From positions 2,463 through 66,462 of the forward strand of contig NZ_JBDNXK010000004.1 in assembly GCF_047721705.1 (NCBI RefSeq): a DNA stretch of 64,000 bases. The letters are read 5' to 3'. Origin of the DNA: Acetobacter sp. Its GTDB lineage: Bacteria > Pseudomonadota > Alphaproteobacteria > Acetobacterales > Acetobacteraceae. Of the stretch, positions 55,781 through 64,000 are shown one piece after another. Within the stretch, counting starts at the first letter, position 1. Each line of letters starts with the position of its first letter. A model generated the notes under the pieces. The model was not told the DNA's origin and searched no databases. It saw only the letters and a program-made list of their open reading frames with translations. The translations under genes and the position numbers were made by a program.

Positions 55781-57188
55781 TCTGAACGGCCCCTATCCTT
55801 GCAAGAACTTCATCACGCCCCAGCGCCGCCGCTGTGGCGTCGATGCCTGGCGAGACTGTCGTGCCACACAGAGCGGCACGCAACGGCTGGGCGACCTTGC
55901 CCAGTTTCAGTTCGTGCTTTTCAGCAAACAGCTTGAGCGCTTCATGCACCGGTTCCGCCGTGAAAGGCTCGACCACGGCCAGATCGCGGGCCAGTTCGCC
56001 AAGCATCTGACGGTTTTCCGGGGTCAACTGCTTCTCGGCCTTGGCGTCGAAGGACAGCGGCACCTGACGACCAAGGAACGCAGCGCTATCAGTCAGTTCG
56101 ACCAGTGTGCGGGCGCGCTCCTTGAGGCCGGGCATCAGTTCCAGCACGCGCTTGCGCACTTCCGGTCCTGTTTCCACGCCCTCTCGGCCAGCCAGACGCT
56201 CCATGACGTCATTGGTCAGTCGCTCGTCATCGGCTTCACGCAGATAGACGGCGTTGACGTGCTCCAGCTTGGTGTAGTCCATCCGCGAGGCCGAACGGCC
56301 TACGCCGGACAGATCGAACAGACGGATCTGCTCGTCACGGGACAGGATTTCCGCATCACCGTGACCCCAGCCGAGGCGCAGCAGGTAGTTGCAGAGGGCT
56401 TCCGGCAGGTAGCCCATCTCGCGGAATTCGACGACCGACTGCGCGCCGTGACGCTTGGACAGCTTCGCACCATCGGGGCCGTGAATCAGCGGCAGATGCG
56501 CGAAACGCGGTGCTTCCCAGCCCATCGCGCGATAGATCATCAGCTGACGGAACGTGTTGGTCAGGTGGTCATCGCCACGGATGACATGGGTGATCTCCAT
56601 GTCGTGGTCGTCCACCACCACGGCGTGCTGATAGGTTGGCGTGCCGTCGGAGCGAAGGATGATCATGTCGTCCAGCTCGGCATTGGCCACGCGGACCTCA
56701 CCCTGCACGAGATCCTCGATCACGTTCTCGCCCTCACGCGGGGCCTTGATGCGGATGGCGTAAGGCGCACCGGCAGGCGCTTCGGACGGGTCGCGGTCGC
56801 GCCACATGCCGTTGTAGCGGGGCGGCTTGCCCTCGGCCACCGCGGTCTCGCGCATTTCCTTCAGCTCTTCCGGCGTGCAGAAGCACTTGTAGGCCTTGCC
56901 TTCCGCCAGAAGCTGGAGAGCGACCTCTTTGTGGCGCTCCTCCCGCGCGGACTGGAACACCGGTTCACCGTCCCATGTGAGGCCCATCCATTTCAGGCCA
57001 TCGAAAATCACGTCCACGGCTTTTTGCGTGGAGCGTTCCTTGTCGGTGTCCTCAATGCGGAGCACGAACTGGCCACCGCAATGGCGGGCATAGAGGAAAT
57101 TGAAGAGGGCGGCGCGGGCGTTGCCGATATGCAGCAACCCGGTCGGGGATGGGGCAAAGCGCGTACGAACGGTCATGATCGGGTGCAT
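55773..57188 (-). CDS. gltX: Glutamate--tRNA ligase
   Basis: '[21 protein letters not shown]' (HIGH-type), 'VLRIEDTD', and 'GAKLSKRHG' (KMSKS-type). Confidence 0.96.
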   Translation of the reverse strand: MHPIMTVRTRFAPSPTGLLHIGNARAALFNFLYARHCGGQFVLRIEDTDKERSTQKAVDVIFDGLKWMGLTWDGEPVFQSAREERHKEVALQLLAEGKAYKCFCTPEELKEMRETAVAEGKPPRYNGMWRDRDPSEAPAGAPYAIRIKAPREGENVIEDLVQGEVRVANAELDDMIILRSDGTPTYQHAVVVDDHDMEITHVIRGDDHLTNTFRQLMIYRAMGWEAPRFAHLPLIHGPDGAKLSKRHGAQSVVEFREMGYLPEALCNYLLRLGWGHGDAEILSRDEQIRLFDLSGVGRSASRMDYTKLEHVNAVYLREADDERLTNDVMERLAGREGVETGPEVRKRVLELMPGLKERARTLVELTDSAAFLGRQVPLSFDAKAEKQLTPENRQMLGELARDLAVVEPFTAEPVHEALKLFAEKHELKLGKVAQPLRAALCGTTVSPGIDATAAALGRDEVLARIGAVQNG

Positions 57189-57276
57189 ATCACGGAGCCG
57201 GAGGGACGGCTATGGAGATTTCGGAAATGCCTTACCGTGCGAAACGCATTTGCCGTGTCCCATTTTTGTGGACTGT

Positions 57277-59049
57277 TTACTGGATGGCGTTCCGCAGCCG
57301 CACCATTTCCAGAAGAGCGAAACGCAGGTCGGTCTGATCACCCGGCAGCCGGTCGATGAACCGCAACAGAACAGGCATTACGGCTGTCGCCCGTTCCCGA
57401 TCCTCCCGCCACAGACGCAGAAAGACCTGCAATCGGCGCGAAAGCCACGGGGAACAGGATTTACTCTGAGCCACATCCCGCACTTCGATGACATACATGC
57501 CGACTGTCATGATCGCCATATGTTGTGAAAAACGGGCGAAAACCACGTCCTCCGGCACATTCCGGGCGGTTCGCACCGTGCGGACCATACTGTCCGCATT
57601 CACGATCAACCAGGCCCTTTCGGACATCCGGTTGGCAGGAGAAGTCAGATCAAGCAAACGCCGCTGCGCCCAAACAATAGTCCGACGCAGATGATCATCC
57701 GGGCGAAACGTCAGCACAAAGCGAAACATGACGGCGGAGAAAAACACCGCGCCGAGGAAGGCTAAAGTGCCGTTCAGGAACGAAATCTCGTCATAGCGTC
57801 CGGTGTTCGCAGGACCGATCAGAACCGGTAGAAACATGTTGAACGAAAAGGCATGATTGATCAGTCGTGGCGTTCGGGCAGCCAGACCACCCACCACCAT
57901 TGGCACCATCAGCGCACCAGCCAGAAGTTCAGGAGCTGTCACGGCGGGGACCACCAGCACGACGAAAATGGCTGCCACAAACGCACACCACATCGCGCCC
58001 CGGACAAAACCACCGGTCGCCAGTGTCGGTGTTTCCCGCGTGGCCAGCAGCCCGTAGACGAGGGCGACATAGGAAACGAAGGTAATGCCTGCGGGCCACC
58101 CCGTGACTTCCCAGAGCAACCAGGCCCCCATGATCCCGGCGGCTGCGCGTCCCCCGTTGCGTAACCCTTCCACACCCTGCCGCACGGATCGGGAAGCAAA
58201 GCGGAACCGGTCACCCCGTTGCGGCTGGACGATCATCCCGACATGCTCATCGGCACTGGCAAGACTGCGCTGAATAGTGGGCCAGCCAGCATCCGCGCGC
58301 CGCCGCGCGAACGCCGCCAGCAAGGACGCCAGGGCGGCACGCGCGTGATCCGCCGCCCGCCCGGCTGCCGGTCCCATTTCCAGCACGTCGTATTCGATAC
58401 GGCCCGCCGCCGCCATGATGTCTGCCAGCAACGCCTGCTGAACCGGGCGTGAGAAATCGTTTCCCTCAAGCACCCGACCGACATGATCCGCGACAGTCTT
58501 CAGACGCTTCACGAGATTCCGCCGCGCGTTTCCCTCCATGTCCGGCATGAACATCATCGTCGCCACGCCTTCGCAGACGATACCAAGAATGATGTAAGTG
58601 CCGCGCGCCATAGCCACGGAAAAGGCGGCGTCCGGATTGGAGATGGCGTCCACCGCGACAATGGCCGTCGTGAAACCGGCCACCAGAAAGCCGTAGCTTC
58701 TGAAACCATCGAAAAAAGTGGCGCAGCCGCAGCACAGGCCAATCCACACAGCGAGGCCAACAAAGAAAATGGCAGCCTGCTGGGGAAAGGAGGCGATCAG
58801 CGCGACGCCGACGGAACAACCTGTGACTGTTCCCACCAAGCGCCACCGAGCCTTGGAAATCGACTCACCGCGAGAAGCTGTGGCGACCACCCACACTGTC
58901 AGGGGCGCCCATTGCGGACTGCCCAGTTCCATCCACATGGCGATCAGCAATGAGAAAATCGCAGCACAGGACGTGCGCACAGCGAACCCAAGATTCGCAA
59001 GTGACGGCGCGAAAAGCCAACTCCAGTTCCGCTCTGCCGCCGCTGTCAC
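57277..59049 (-). CDS. FUSC family (fusaric acid resistance / aromatic acid exporter-like) membrane protein
   Basis: 'LGFAVRTSCAAIFSLLIAMWMELGSPQWAPLTVWVV...SISKARWRLVGTVTGCSVGVAL' is typical of the FUSC N-terminus. A second hydrophobic block follows a cytoplasmic helical domain. Confidence 0.8.
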   Translation of the reverse strand: MTAAAERNWSWLFAPSLANLGFAVRTSCAAIFSLLIAMWMELGSPQWAPLTVWVVATASRGESISKARWRLVGTVTGCSVGVALIASFPQQAAIFFVGLAVWIGLCCGCATFFDGFRSYGFLVAGFTTAIVAVDAISNPDAAFSVAMARGTYIILGIVCEGVATMMFMPDMEGNARRNLVKRLKTVADHVGRVLEGNDFSRPVQQALLADIMAAAGRIEYDVLEMGPAAGRAADHARAALASLLAAFARRRADAGWPTIQRSLASADEHVGMIVQPQRGDRFRFASRSVRQGVEGLRNGGRAAAGIMGAWLLWEVTGWPAGITFVSYVALVYGLLATRETPTLATGGFVRGAMWCAFVAAIFVVLVVPAVTAPELLAGALMVPMVVGGLAARTPRLINHAFSFNMFLPVLIGPANTGRYDEISFLNGTLAFLGAVFFSAVMFRFVLTFRPDDHLRRTIVWAQRRLLDLTSPANRMSERAWLIVNADSMVRTVRTARNVPEDVVFARFSQHMAIMTVGMYVIEVRDVAQSKSCSPWLSRRLQVFLRLWREDRERATAVMPVLLRFIDRLPGDQTDLRFALLEMVRLRNAIQ

Positions 59050-59163
59050 GTCTGCCCTGTTCCCTACGCATTAGTAGCCCGTGGCGTTGCAAGCAGACGA
59101 TAGCGCGGGGAAAGTCCAAGTCTTTCTTATGATAAAGTCATAAATGGCATTTATAATGCATTT

Positions 59164-60066
59164 TCAGAGCATGAGCGCACTTGTCATATCCAGCTTGGCG
59201 ACCGTGCTCCATGCACATTGCATGAGCGCGCTCGTCAGCGGTCTCCGTATCCTGACAAGCCCCACCGGCAATTCCGGAGACGGCTGCATCTGGCGGATTT
59301 TCAGCCCAAGCCCGGCTGTGGCGGGTGGCAGTGCGGCAATCGGCAGAATGGACGCCAGCCGTCCTGCCTTGAGTTCGGCATGCAGCAGTTCGAGCGCATT
59401 GGTCTCAAACTGGACATCCGGCTTTACACCCGCGACCGCGAAAGACTCGTCCACGATCTGGCGGCTTTTCATCGACCGATCAAAAAGACAAAGCGGCAGT
59501 TCGGCAGCCTCGGACCAAGTGCAGCGCACACGTCCCGGCAGGGTCACGCCGGGGCCTGCCGCCAGAACATGCCGTTCCTTATAAAGCGTGTGTTCTTCCA
59601 GATTGGCCGCTGTCGTCTGCTGATCGAGATAAACGAGCCCCAGATTGAAACGCTCCTCAACCAGCCCCTGCATCACCTCGGCAGAGGAAACGACAGTCAT
59701 ATCCAGATGAAGGGCCGGAATCGCGGCGCGAAGGCTTTCCGCCAGCAAGGGCGCAATCTGAATGGCTGGCGGCATGATACCGATGGACAGCGAACCGCCT
59801 GCCACATCATGGGCGAAGCCCGCCTCCTGTTTCAGCCCCTCCAGCGCCGCCAGACTTTGCCGCGCCCACGCCACTACCCGCTCGCCTTCCGGCGTCAGGC
59901 CCAGAACGCGATGACGGCGGCGGACGATGGAAACGCCGAGCTCATGCTCAAGCTGCCGGATGGCTGTGGAAAGAGCGGGCTGGGACACGCCGCAATGGGC
60001 CGCGGCGCGGGAGAAATGCCGGAAGTGATCGAGCGCGACCAGATAACTCAACTGCCGGAGAAACAT
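59164..60066 (-). CDS. LysR family transcriptional regulator
   Basis: 'MFLRQLSYLVALDHFRHFSRAAAHCGVSQPALSTAIRQLEHELGVSIVRR', plus a LysR substrate-binding domain. Confidence 0.92.
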   Translation of the reverse strand: MFLRQLSYLVALDHFRHFSRAAAHCGVSQPALSTAIRQLEHELGVSIVRRRHRVLGLTPEGERVVAWARQSLAALEGLKQEAGFAHDVAGGSLSIGIMPPAIQIAPLLAESLRAAIPALHLDMTVVSSAEVMQGLVEERFNLGLVYLDQQTTAANLEEHTLYKERHVLAAGPGVTLPGRVRCTWSEAAELPLCLFDRSMKSRQIVDESFAVAGVKPDVQFETNALELLHAELKAGRLASILPIAALPPATAGLGLKIRQMQPSPELPVGLVRIRRPLTSALMQCAWSTVAKLDMTSALML

Positions 60067-60447
60067 ACGATTTTCCCTTCGCCTCGTCTGTTGCCGTCAT
60101 TCCAGAATGGGGACGTCATAGACGAAAAACGTCCAGTCAAGAAAAGTCGGGCATTCTGACGGGGAACGGACAATCGGACCGGGTCTGACAGCACTCACCC
60201 GTTCCTGACCACATATTGGCTGGCAGGAGCCAACATTCATGCAGATCGGGGAGCAATCATGGGCTGTGGGCAAGAGGGGTCACTTTTCCAGACTACCCCG
60301 ATATTACTCAGAGAATACTGACTTTCCGATAATTTCATTACGCTTTCTGCAAAAAACAAAAACAGAAGGATAATTTTTCACGGAACATATCAGCGAGCAG
60401 TCGCGTTTTCGACTCAGTGAAATACTGGGATTCGAAAAGGAAATACC

Positions 60448-61299
60448 ATGACGACCGTATTGATAACGGGTGCCGGCACTGGTTTTGGCCATGAAGTGTC
60501 GCTGCGCATGGCGGAAAAAGGATTTGATGTCATCGCTGGCGTAGAAATTGCAGCACAGGTTTTCACGCTTTCTGAAGAAGCGAAAAAACGCGGCGTTTCC
60601 CTGCGCGTCGAGAAACTCGACGTGACCTGCGATGGAGACCGGCAGAAAGCGGCTGACTGGGACGTGGATATCCTGCTGAACAATGCCGGCATTTCCGAAG
60701 GCGGTTCCGTCGCCGACATCCCGGCGGACAATCTCCGCTGGCAGTATGAGGTCAATATCGTTGGGCCGATCGCACTGACTCAGATCGTGCTGCGGAACAT
60801 GGTGAAGAAAAAGAAAGGGAAGATTGTCTTCATGTCGTCTGTGGCCGGTCTGACCACGGACCCGTTCGCCGGAGCCTATTCTTCCTCCAAACACGCTATC
60901 GAGGCGATTGCGTCGGCTCTCAGTCAGGAGGTCAAGGAATTCGGGATCGAAGTGGCGACGGTCAATCCCGGCCCGTTCCTGACCGGTTTCAATGACCGTA
61001 TGTTCGAGACGTGGGAAAGTTGGGAAGATGACCCTTCAGAGCGTCTCTTCGACTACAGCAAGATCGCTTTCCCGCATGAGCAGTACGACCCGGAGCCGGT
61101 CTTTGAAACGACCGTTGGCGTTCTGAGCGGTGAAATCCAGACCTATCGCAATGTCGAACCCAAGGAGATCATCCCCGAACAACGCCAACAGCTCAATGCT
61201 GTCTGGACGCAGAAGGTTGCGGATGGGCTGGGCCAGCAGGCGCCTCTCGTAAAGAAGGCTTATGAAATCAAGCCCGGTACGCCGGTCGAGGAAGGCTGA
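60448..61299 (+). CDS. SDR family oxidoreductase
   Basis: 'VLITGAGTGFGHE' (TGxxxGxG), 'LLNNAGI', and 'YSSSKHAIEA' (YxxxK). 'AAGGA' is upstream of the ATG. Confidence 0.9.
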   Translation: MTTVLITGAGTGFGHEVSLRMAEKGFDVIAGVEIAAQVFTLSEEAKKRGVSLRVEKLDVTCDGDRQKAADWDVDILLNNAGISEGGSVADIPADNLRWQYEVNIVGPIALTQIVLRNMVKKKKGKIVFMSSVAGLTTDPFAGAYSSSKHAIEAIASALSQEVKEFGIEVATVNPGPFLTGFNDRMFETWESWEDDPSERLFDYSKIAFPHEQYDPEPVFETTVGVLSGEIQTYRNVEPKEIIPEQRQQLNAVWTQKVADGLGQQAPLVKKAYEIKPGTPVEEG

Positions 61300-61352
61300 T
61301 CCACAAGTCTGGCGTTTCGATTTGGGATGAACGCATTAGAAGATCACCAAAC

Positions 61353-61390
61353 AAAAAGCCTGCCTCCGCGAAAGCAGAGGCAGGCTTTTC
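61353..61390. terminator. Bidirectional Rho-independent terminator (SDR / SSF convergent pair)
   Basis: AAAAAGCCTGCCTC-cgcgaaagca-GAGGCAGGCTTTTC. Confidence 0.8.
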
Positions 61391-61415
61391 ACTATCTCTA
61401 AGCAGGCGACCGCAC

Positions 61416-62924
61416 TTATTCAGCAGCCACCGCCACCCTTCGGTTCGGAACAATGACCGAGACCACACCAGCCACGATGATGTTGACCACCAGAGCGATC
61501 AGCCCCGTGGAAACCAGTTCGGACCAGCCACCAATGGCGAGCGTGTGAACCGGCTTCAGACCATCGGACCAGCAGATTCCCAGACCAACGACCGTGCCGA
61601 CAACCCAGCCTGCCAGCATGCCGGTTGATGAAAACCGAAGCTTGGTCAGACCAAAGATCAGCGCGGGGAACGTCTGAAGAATGATCACGCCACCCAGCAG
61701 CTGAAGGTCGATGGCGAACTTTGCGTTCAGAAACAACACGCACACCAGAGCGCCGAGCTTCACGCCAAAGGCCGCGACACGCGATGTGGTCATCGTGTCG
61801 TACTGCTTGGGCAGGATGTTGTGCGTCAGCAGGTTCGCCGCACCGATGGCCATGACAGCGGCTGGCACAAGCGCGCCGACAGCGATGGCGGCGAACGCAA
61901 AGCCTGCGAACCAGTCCGGAAACAGTTTCAGGAACAGGTAAGGCACGACCATCGAACTGACCTTCGTGTCGATCCCCGCAACATGCGCCATCATGCCGAG
62001 CAGCGCGATAAGGCCGAGCACAATGGTGTAGATCGGCAGATAGACAGCGTTCTGCTTCACCGTATCAGCAGATTTTGCGGCAAGAATGCCGGTCAGCGTG
62101 TGCGGATAGAGGAACGCGGCAAGCGCGGAGGACAGCGCCAGCGTGGCGTATGGCATAAGTTGCGCGGACGACATCACATGCGTGCCGTCAGGCGGGGTCA
62201 CAACCGTGTTCATTACGTCGAACATATGCCCATAGCCGCCAAGCTTGATCGGAATCAGCGTCACGGCCGCGATGACCGCGATGTAGATCATGATATCCTT
62301 GATGAAGGCCGTTAGCGCCGGGGCATGCAGCCCACCGAGCCACGTGTAAGCCGCAAGCGACACGAAAGCGACGATCAGCGGCAGTTCACCGGAGAACCCA
62401 AGCGCCTCCACAACCGTGCGGATGCCGATGAGCTGCAACGCGATGTAAGGCATCACCGCGATCAGGCCGGAGAAAGCCACGGCCAGTTCGAGCGCACGGC
62501 TATCAAAGCGCGCGCGGATGATGTCAGCCGCCGTTCCATGACCGCCATCATGGGCGATCTTCCACAGCTTGGGCATGACCACGAAAATGAACGGATAGAC
62601 GATGATCGTGTAAGGCAACGCGAAGAAGCCGTAGGCTCCGACGGCGTAAACCAGCGCGGGAACAGCAATGACCGTGTAGGCAGTGTAGAAATCACCACCG
62701 ACAAGGAACCATGTGACCCACGCGCCGAACTGACGGCCTCCCAGCCCCCAGTCTTCGGTGCCATGACCGCCATGCGCATCACCAGACGGAGCAGGCGGCG
62801 CTTTCTTGCCACCGGGCAGCCAGCCCTTCCAGTGGGAAACGGTACTGCCTGCCACGATGGTCATGGCGAAGAAGAAGATAAAGACACCAAGCGCGAGTGT
62901 ATCTGCTGCAGGAACACCATTCAT
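61416..62924 (-). CDS. Sodium:solute symporter family transporter (MctP/monocarboxylate-type candidate)
   Basis: Start at ATG 62924 ('MNGVPAADTLALGVFIFFF...'). 'WGLGGRQFGAWVTWFLVGGDFYTAYTVIAVPAL' is typical of SSF proteins that pair with DUF3311. About 13 TM segments. The 44 upstream codons of the track ORF overlap the small ORF and are discounted. Confidence 0.88.
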   Translation of the reverse strand: MNGVPAADTLALGVFIFFFAMTIVAGSTVSHWKGWLPGGKKAPPAPSGDAHGGHGTEDWGLGGRQFGAWVTWFLVGGDFYTAYTVIAVPALVYAVGAYGFFALPYTIIVYPFIFVVMPKLWKIAHDGGHGTAADIIRARFDSRALELAVAFSGLIAVMPYIALQLIGIRTVVEALGFSGELPLIVAFVSLAAYTWLGGLHAPALTAFIKDIMIYIAVIAAVTLIPIKLGGYGHMFDVMNTVVTPPDGTHVMSSAQLMPYATLALSSALAAFLYPHTLTGILAAKSADTVKQNAVYLPIYTIVLGLIALLGMMAHVAGIDTKVSSMVVPYLFLKLFPDWFAGFAFAAIAVGALVPAAVMAIGAANLLTHNILPKQYDTMTTSRVAAFGVKLGALVCVLFLNAKFAIDLQLLGGVIILQTFPALIFGLTKLRFSSTGMLAGWVVGTVVGLGICWSDGLKPVHTLAIGGWSELVSTGLIALVVNIIVAGVVSVIVPNRRVAVAAE

Positions 62925-63100
62925 GACTGGGCTCCCTTCTTCCACGCAAGCCAGATAAGAACAGAGGTGACCGGCACCCAGGCGAACTGGTACCAGTAGA
63001 AGAACGGGAAGCCGAAGAGCGCCGGTCCCTGAAAGTTGTAGAACGGGACCCACAGGAGCCCTATGAAGGGCGCCAGCAGCAAGACATTGAAGATTTTCAT
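62921..63100 (-). CDS. DUF3311-like small membrane protein (59 aa, absent from the ORF track)
   Basis: Hand translation gives MKIFNVLLLAPFIGLLWVPFYNFQGPALFGFPFFYWYQFAWVPVTSVLIWLAWKKGAQS*. The 'PFYN...P.LFGFPFFYWYQ' motif, two hydrophobic helices, and an ATGA start/stop overlap with the SSF gene support the call. Confidence 0.75.
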   Translation of the reverse strand: MKIFNVLLLAPFIGLLWVPFYNFQGPALFGFPFFYWYQFAWVPVTSVLIWLAWKKGAQS

Positions 63101-63198
63101 TTAACGACCGCTTGTGTTTGATTTTTGGTTGCGGATTCGTTGACAGTGAAAAATGAACGTCGGGAAGTCAATGACTTTCCGTCTGGAAGCTTTGGAAC

Positions 63199-64000
63199 AT
63201 GCCCTTCTCACACGCTTTTCATCCAGCCACGGATCACACCCGCCTCGGGAAGCTGTTTTACGACGCCGTGGAACCCGCTTCTTTTCCGGCACATATCCTC
63301 CGTTACCGGAACAATCGGGCAGCCGCGACGGTTGGGATGGACACGCTGACCGACGAGGAGTGGATCGATCATTTCGGCCGTTTCACACCGCTCCCCGGCT
63401 CCCTGCCGCACCCTCTGGCGCTGCGATATCACGGGCATCAGTTCCGGCAGTACAATCCTGATCTCGGTGATGGGCGCGGCTTCTTGTTTGCACAGCTGCG
63501 GGACGACAAGGGACGCCTTCTCGATCTTGGCACCAAAGGGAGCGGTCGGACACCATGGTCCCGGGGCGGCGACGGGCGCCTCACCCTCAAGGGTGGTGTC
63601 CGGGAAATCCTCGCAGCCTCCATGCTGGAGGCTCTCGGTGTGGAAACTTCGCGAGCACTCAGCCTGATTGAAACGGGAGAGAATCTGGAGCGTCACGATG
63701 AACCTTCGCCAACGCGCTCCGCTGTTCTCGTCCGCCTCAGCCACTCCCACATTCGCATCGGCACCTTCCAGCGCCTCGCGGCCAATGCGGAAACAGACGC
63801 AATCGGCCAGCTCGTCGCCTATGTATTGGAAACATATTACCCCCAGCTTGGCGTTCCCGCCGAGGGTGAAGCTGCTCTCACCCTGTTCAAAGCCGTATGC
63901 CAAAACGTGGCGCGTGTGGGAGCACAATGGATGGCGGCCGGTTTCGTGCATGGCGTCCTGAACACGGACAACATCGCCATTACAGGCGAAAGCTTCGATT
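63199..64000 (+). CDS. selO: Protein adenylyltransferase SelO (YdiU/UPF0061), 3' end truncated by the window edge
   Basis: Hand translation from ATG 63199 gives 'MPFSHAFHPATDHTRLGKLFYDAVEP...LRYHGHQFRQYNPDLGDGRGFLFAQL...LGTKGSGRTPWSRGGDGRLTLKGGVREILAASMLEALGVETSRALSLI...AVLVRLSHSHIRIGTF...FVHGVLNTDNIAITGESFD'. The frame is open to nt 64000, which explains its absence from the ORF track. Confidence 0.9.
   Translation, partial: MPFSHAFHPATDHTRLGKLFYDAVEPASFPAHILRYRNNRAAATVGMDTLTDEEWIDHFGRFTPLPGSLPHPLALRYHGHQFRQYNPDLGDGRGFLFAQLRDDKGRLLDLGTKGSGRTPWSRGGDGRLTLKGGVREILAASMLEALGVETSRALSLIETGENLERHDEPSPTRSAVLVRLSHSHIRIGTFQRLAANAETDAIGQLVAYVLETYYPQLGVPAEGEAALTLFKAVCQNVARVGAQWMAAGFVHGVLNTDNIAITGESFD

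Noticed and set aside
55914-57359. 481-aa + strand ORF
   Set aside because: It is antisense to gltX, with no recognisable motifs. Same artefact class as the topA antisense ORF.
59218-60159. 313-aa + strand ORF
   Set aside because: It is antisense to the LysR regulator gene, which has a canonical HTH.
60239-60373. 44-aa ORF (MQIGEQSW...) in the LysR/SDR intergenic region
   Set aside because: No Shine-Dalgarno sequence, no recognisable motif, and the ORF runs through the AT-rich promoter-like DNA.
60304-60894. 196-aa - strand ORF
   Set aside because: It is mostly antisense to the SDR gene. Its N-terminal part would run through the AT-rich promoter region.
63208-63951. 247-aa - strand ORF
   Set aside because: It is antisense to the open-ended selO frame.
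1-64000. Defence systems, CRISPR arrays, toxin-antitoxin pairs, IS elements and prophage genes
   Set aside because: I looked through all ORFs of 60 aa or more and all intergenic regions. I found no nuclease/helicase/ATPase defence-type architectures, no spaced direct repeats, and no transposase or integrase motifs.

Overview
This looks like high-GC alphaproteobacterial chromosomal DNA. That call is an inference from three things: the gltX-pyrB-pyrC'-plsY-dprA-topA gene order, alphaproteobacterial DUF families, and a SAM-II-like leader. An Acetobacteraceae-like host is plausible but unproven. All protein calls rest on motifs I recognise in the supplied translations; no database search was run.

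The window is mostly core housekeeping:
- Translation and nucleotide metabolism: cysS, gltX, ndk, folE, pyrB.
- DNA topology and RNA turnover: topA, parE, dprA, RNase R.
- Sulfur amino acids and others: cysK, metZ, apaG, arfB, malic enzyme, an ABC-F ATPase.

It also carries envelope and transport functions:
- A partial MscS channel, a TonB-dependent receptor and a SulP permease.
- An RND efflux operon with a divergent TetR regulator.
- OmpA, AsmA, a FUSC exporter, and an SSF symporter with a small partner protein.
- One tRNA-Gly(CCC).

I found no CRISPR array, transposase, integrase, prophage or recognisable defence system.

The most interesting items are:
1. A perfect 18-bp Zur-box-like palindrome between a DUF6525-like gene and a DUF1826 gene.
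2. A lower-GC, oddly organised glycan module at 26.5-30.5 kb, made of an O-antigen ligase/polymerase-like membrane protein, a strongly AT-rich GT2 and a secreted beta-helix protein. The only flippase-like gene lies 12 kb away, next to a membrane-anchored HTH protein.
3. A SAM-II-like leader upstream of metZ.
4. A pyrB-linked dihydroorotase whose HxH metal ligands are replaced, suggesting a PyrC' pseudoenzyme.
5. Two genes missing from the ORF track: a 59-aa DUF3311-like ORF coupled to the SSF transporter, and a 3'-truncated selO.

Many long ORFs in the track are antisense shadows of real genes and were discarded.
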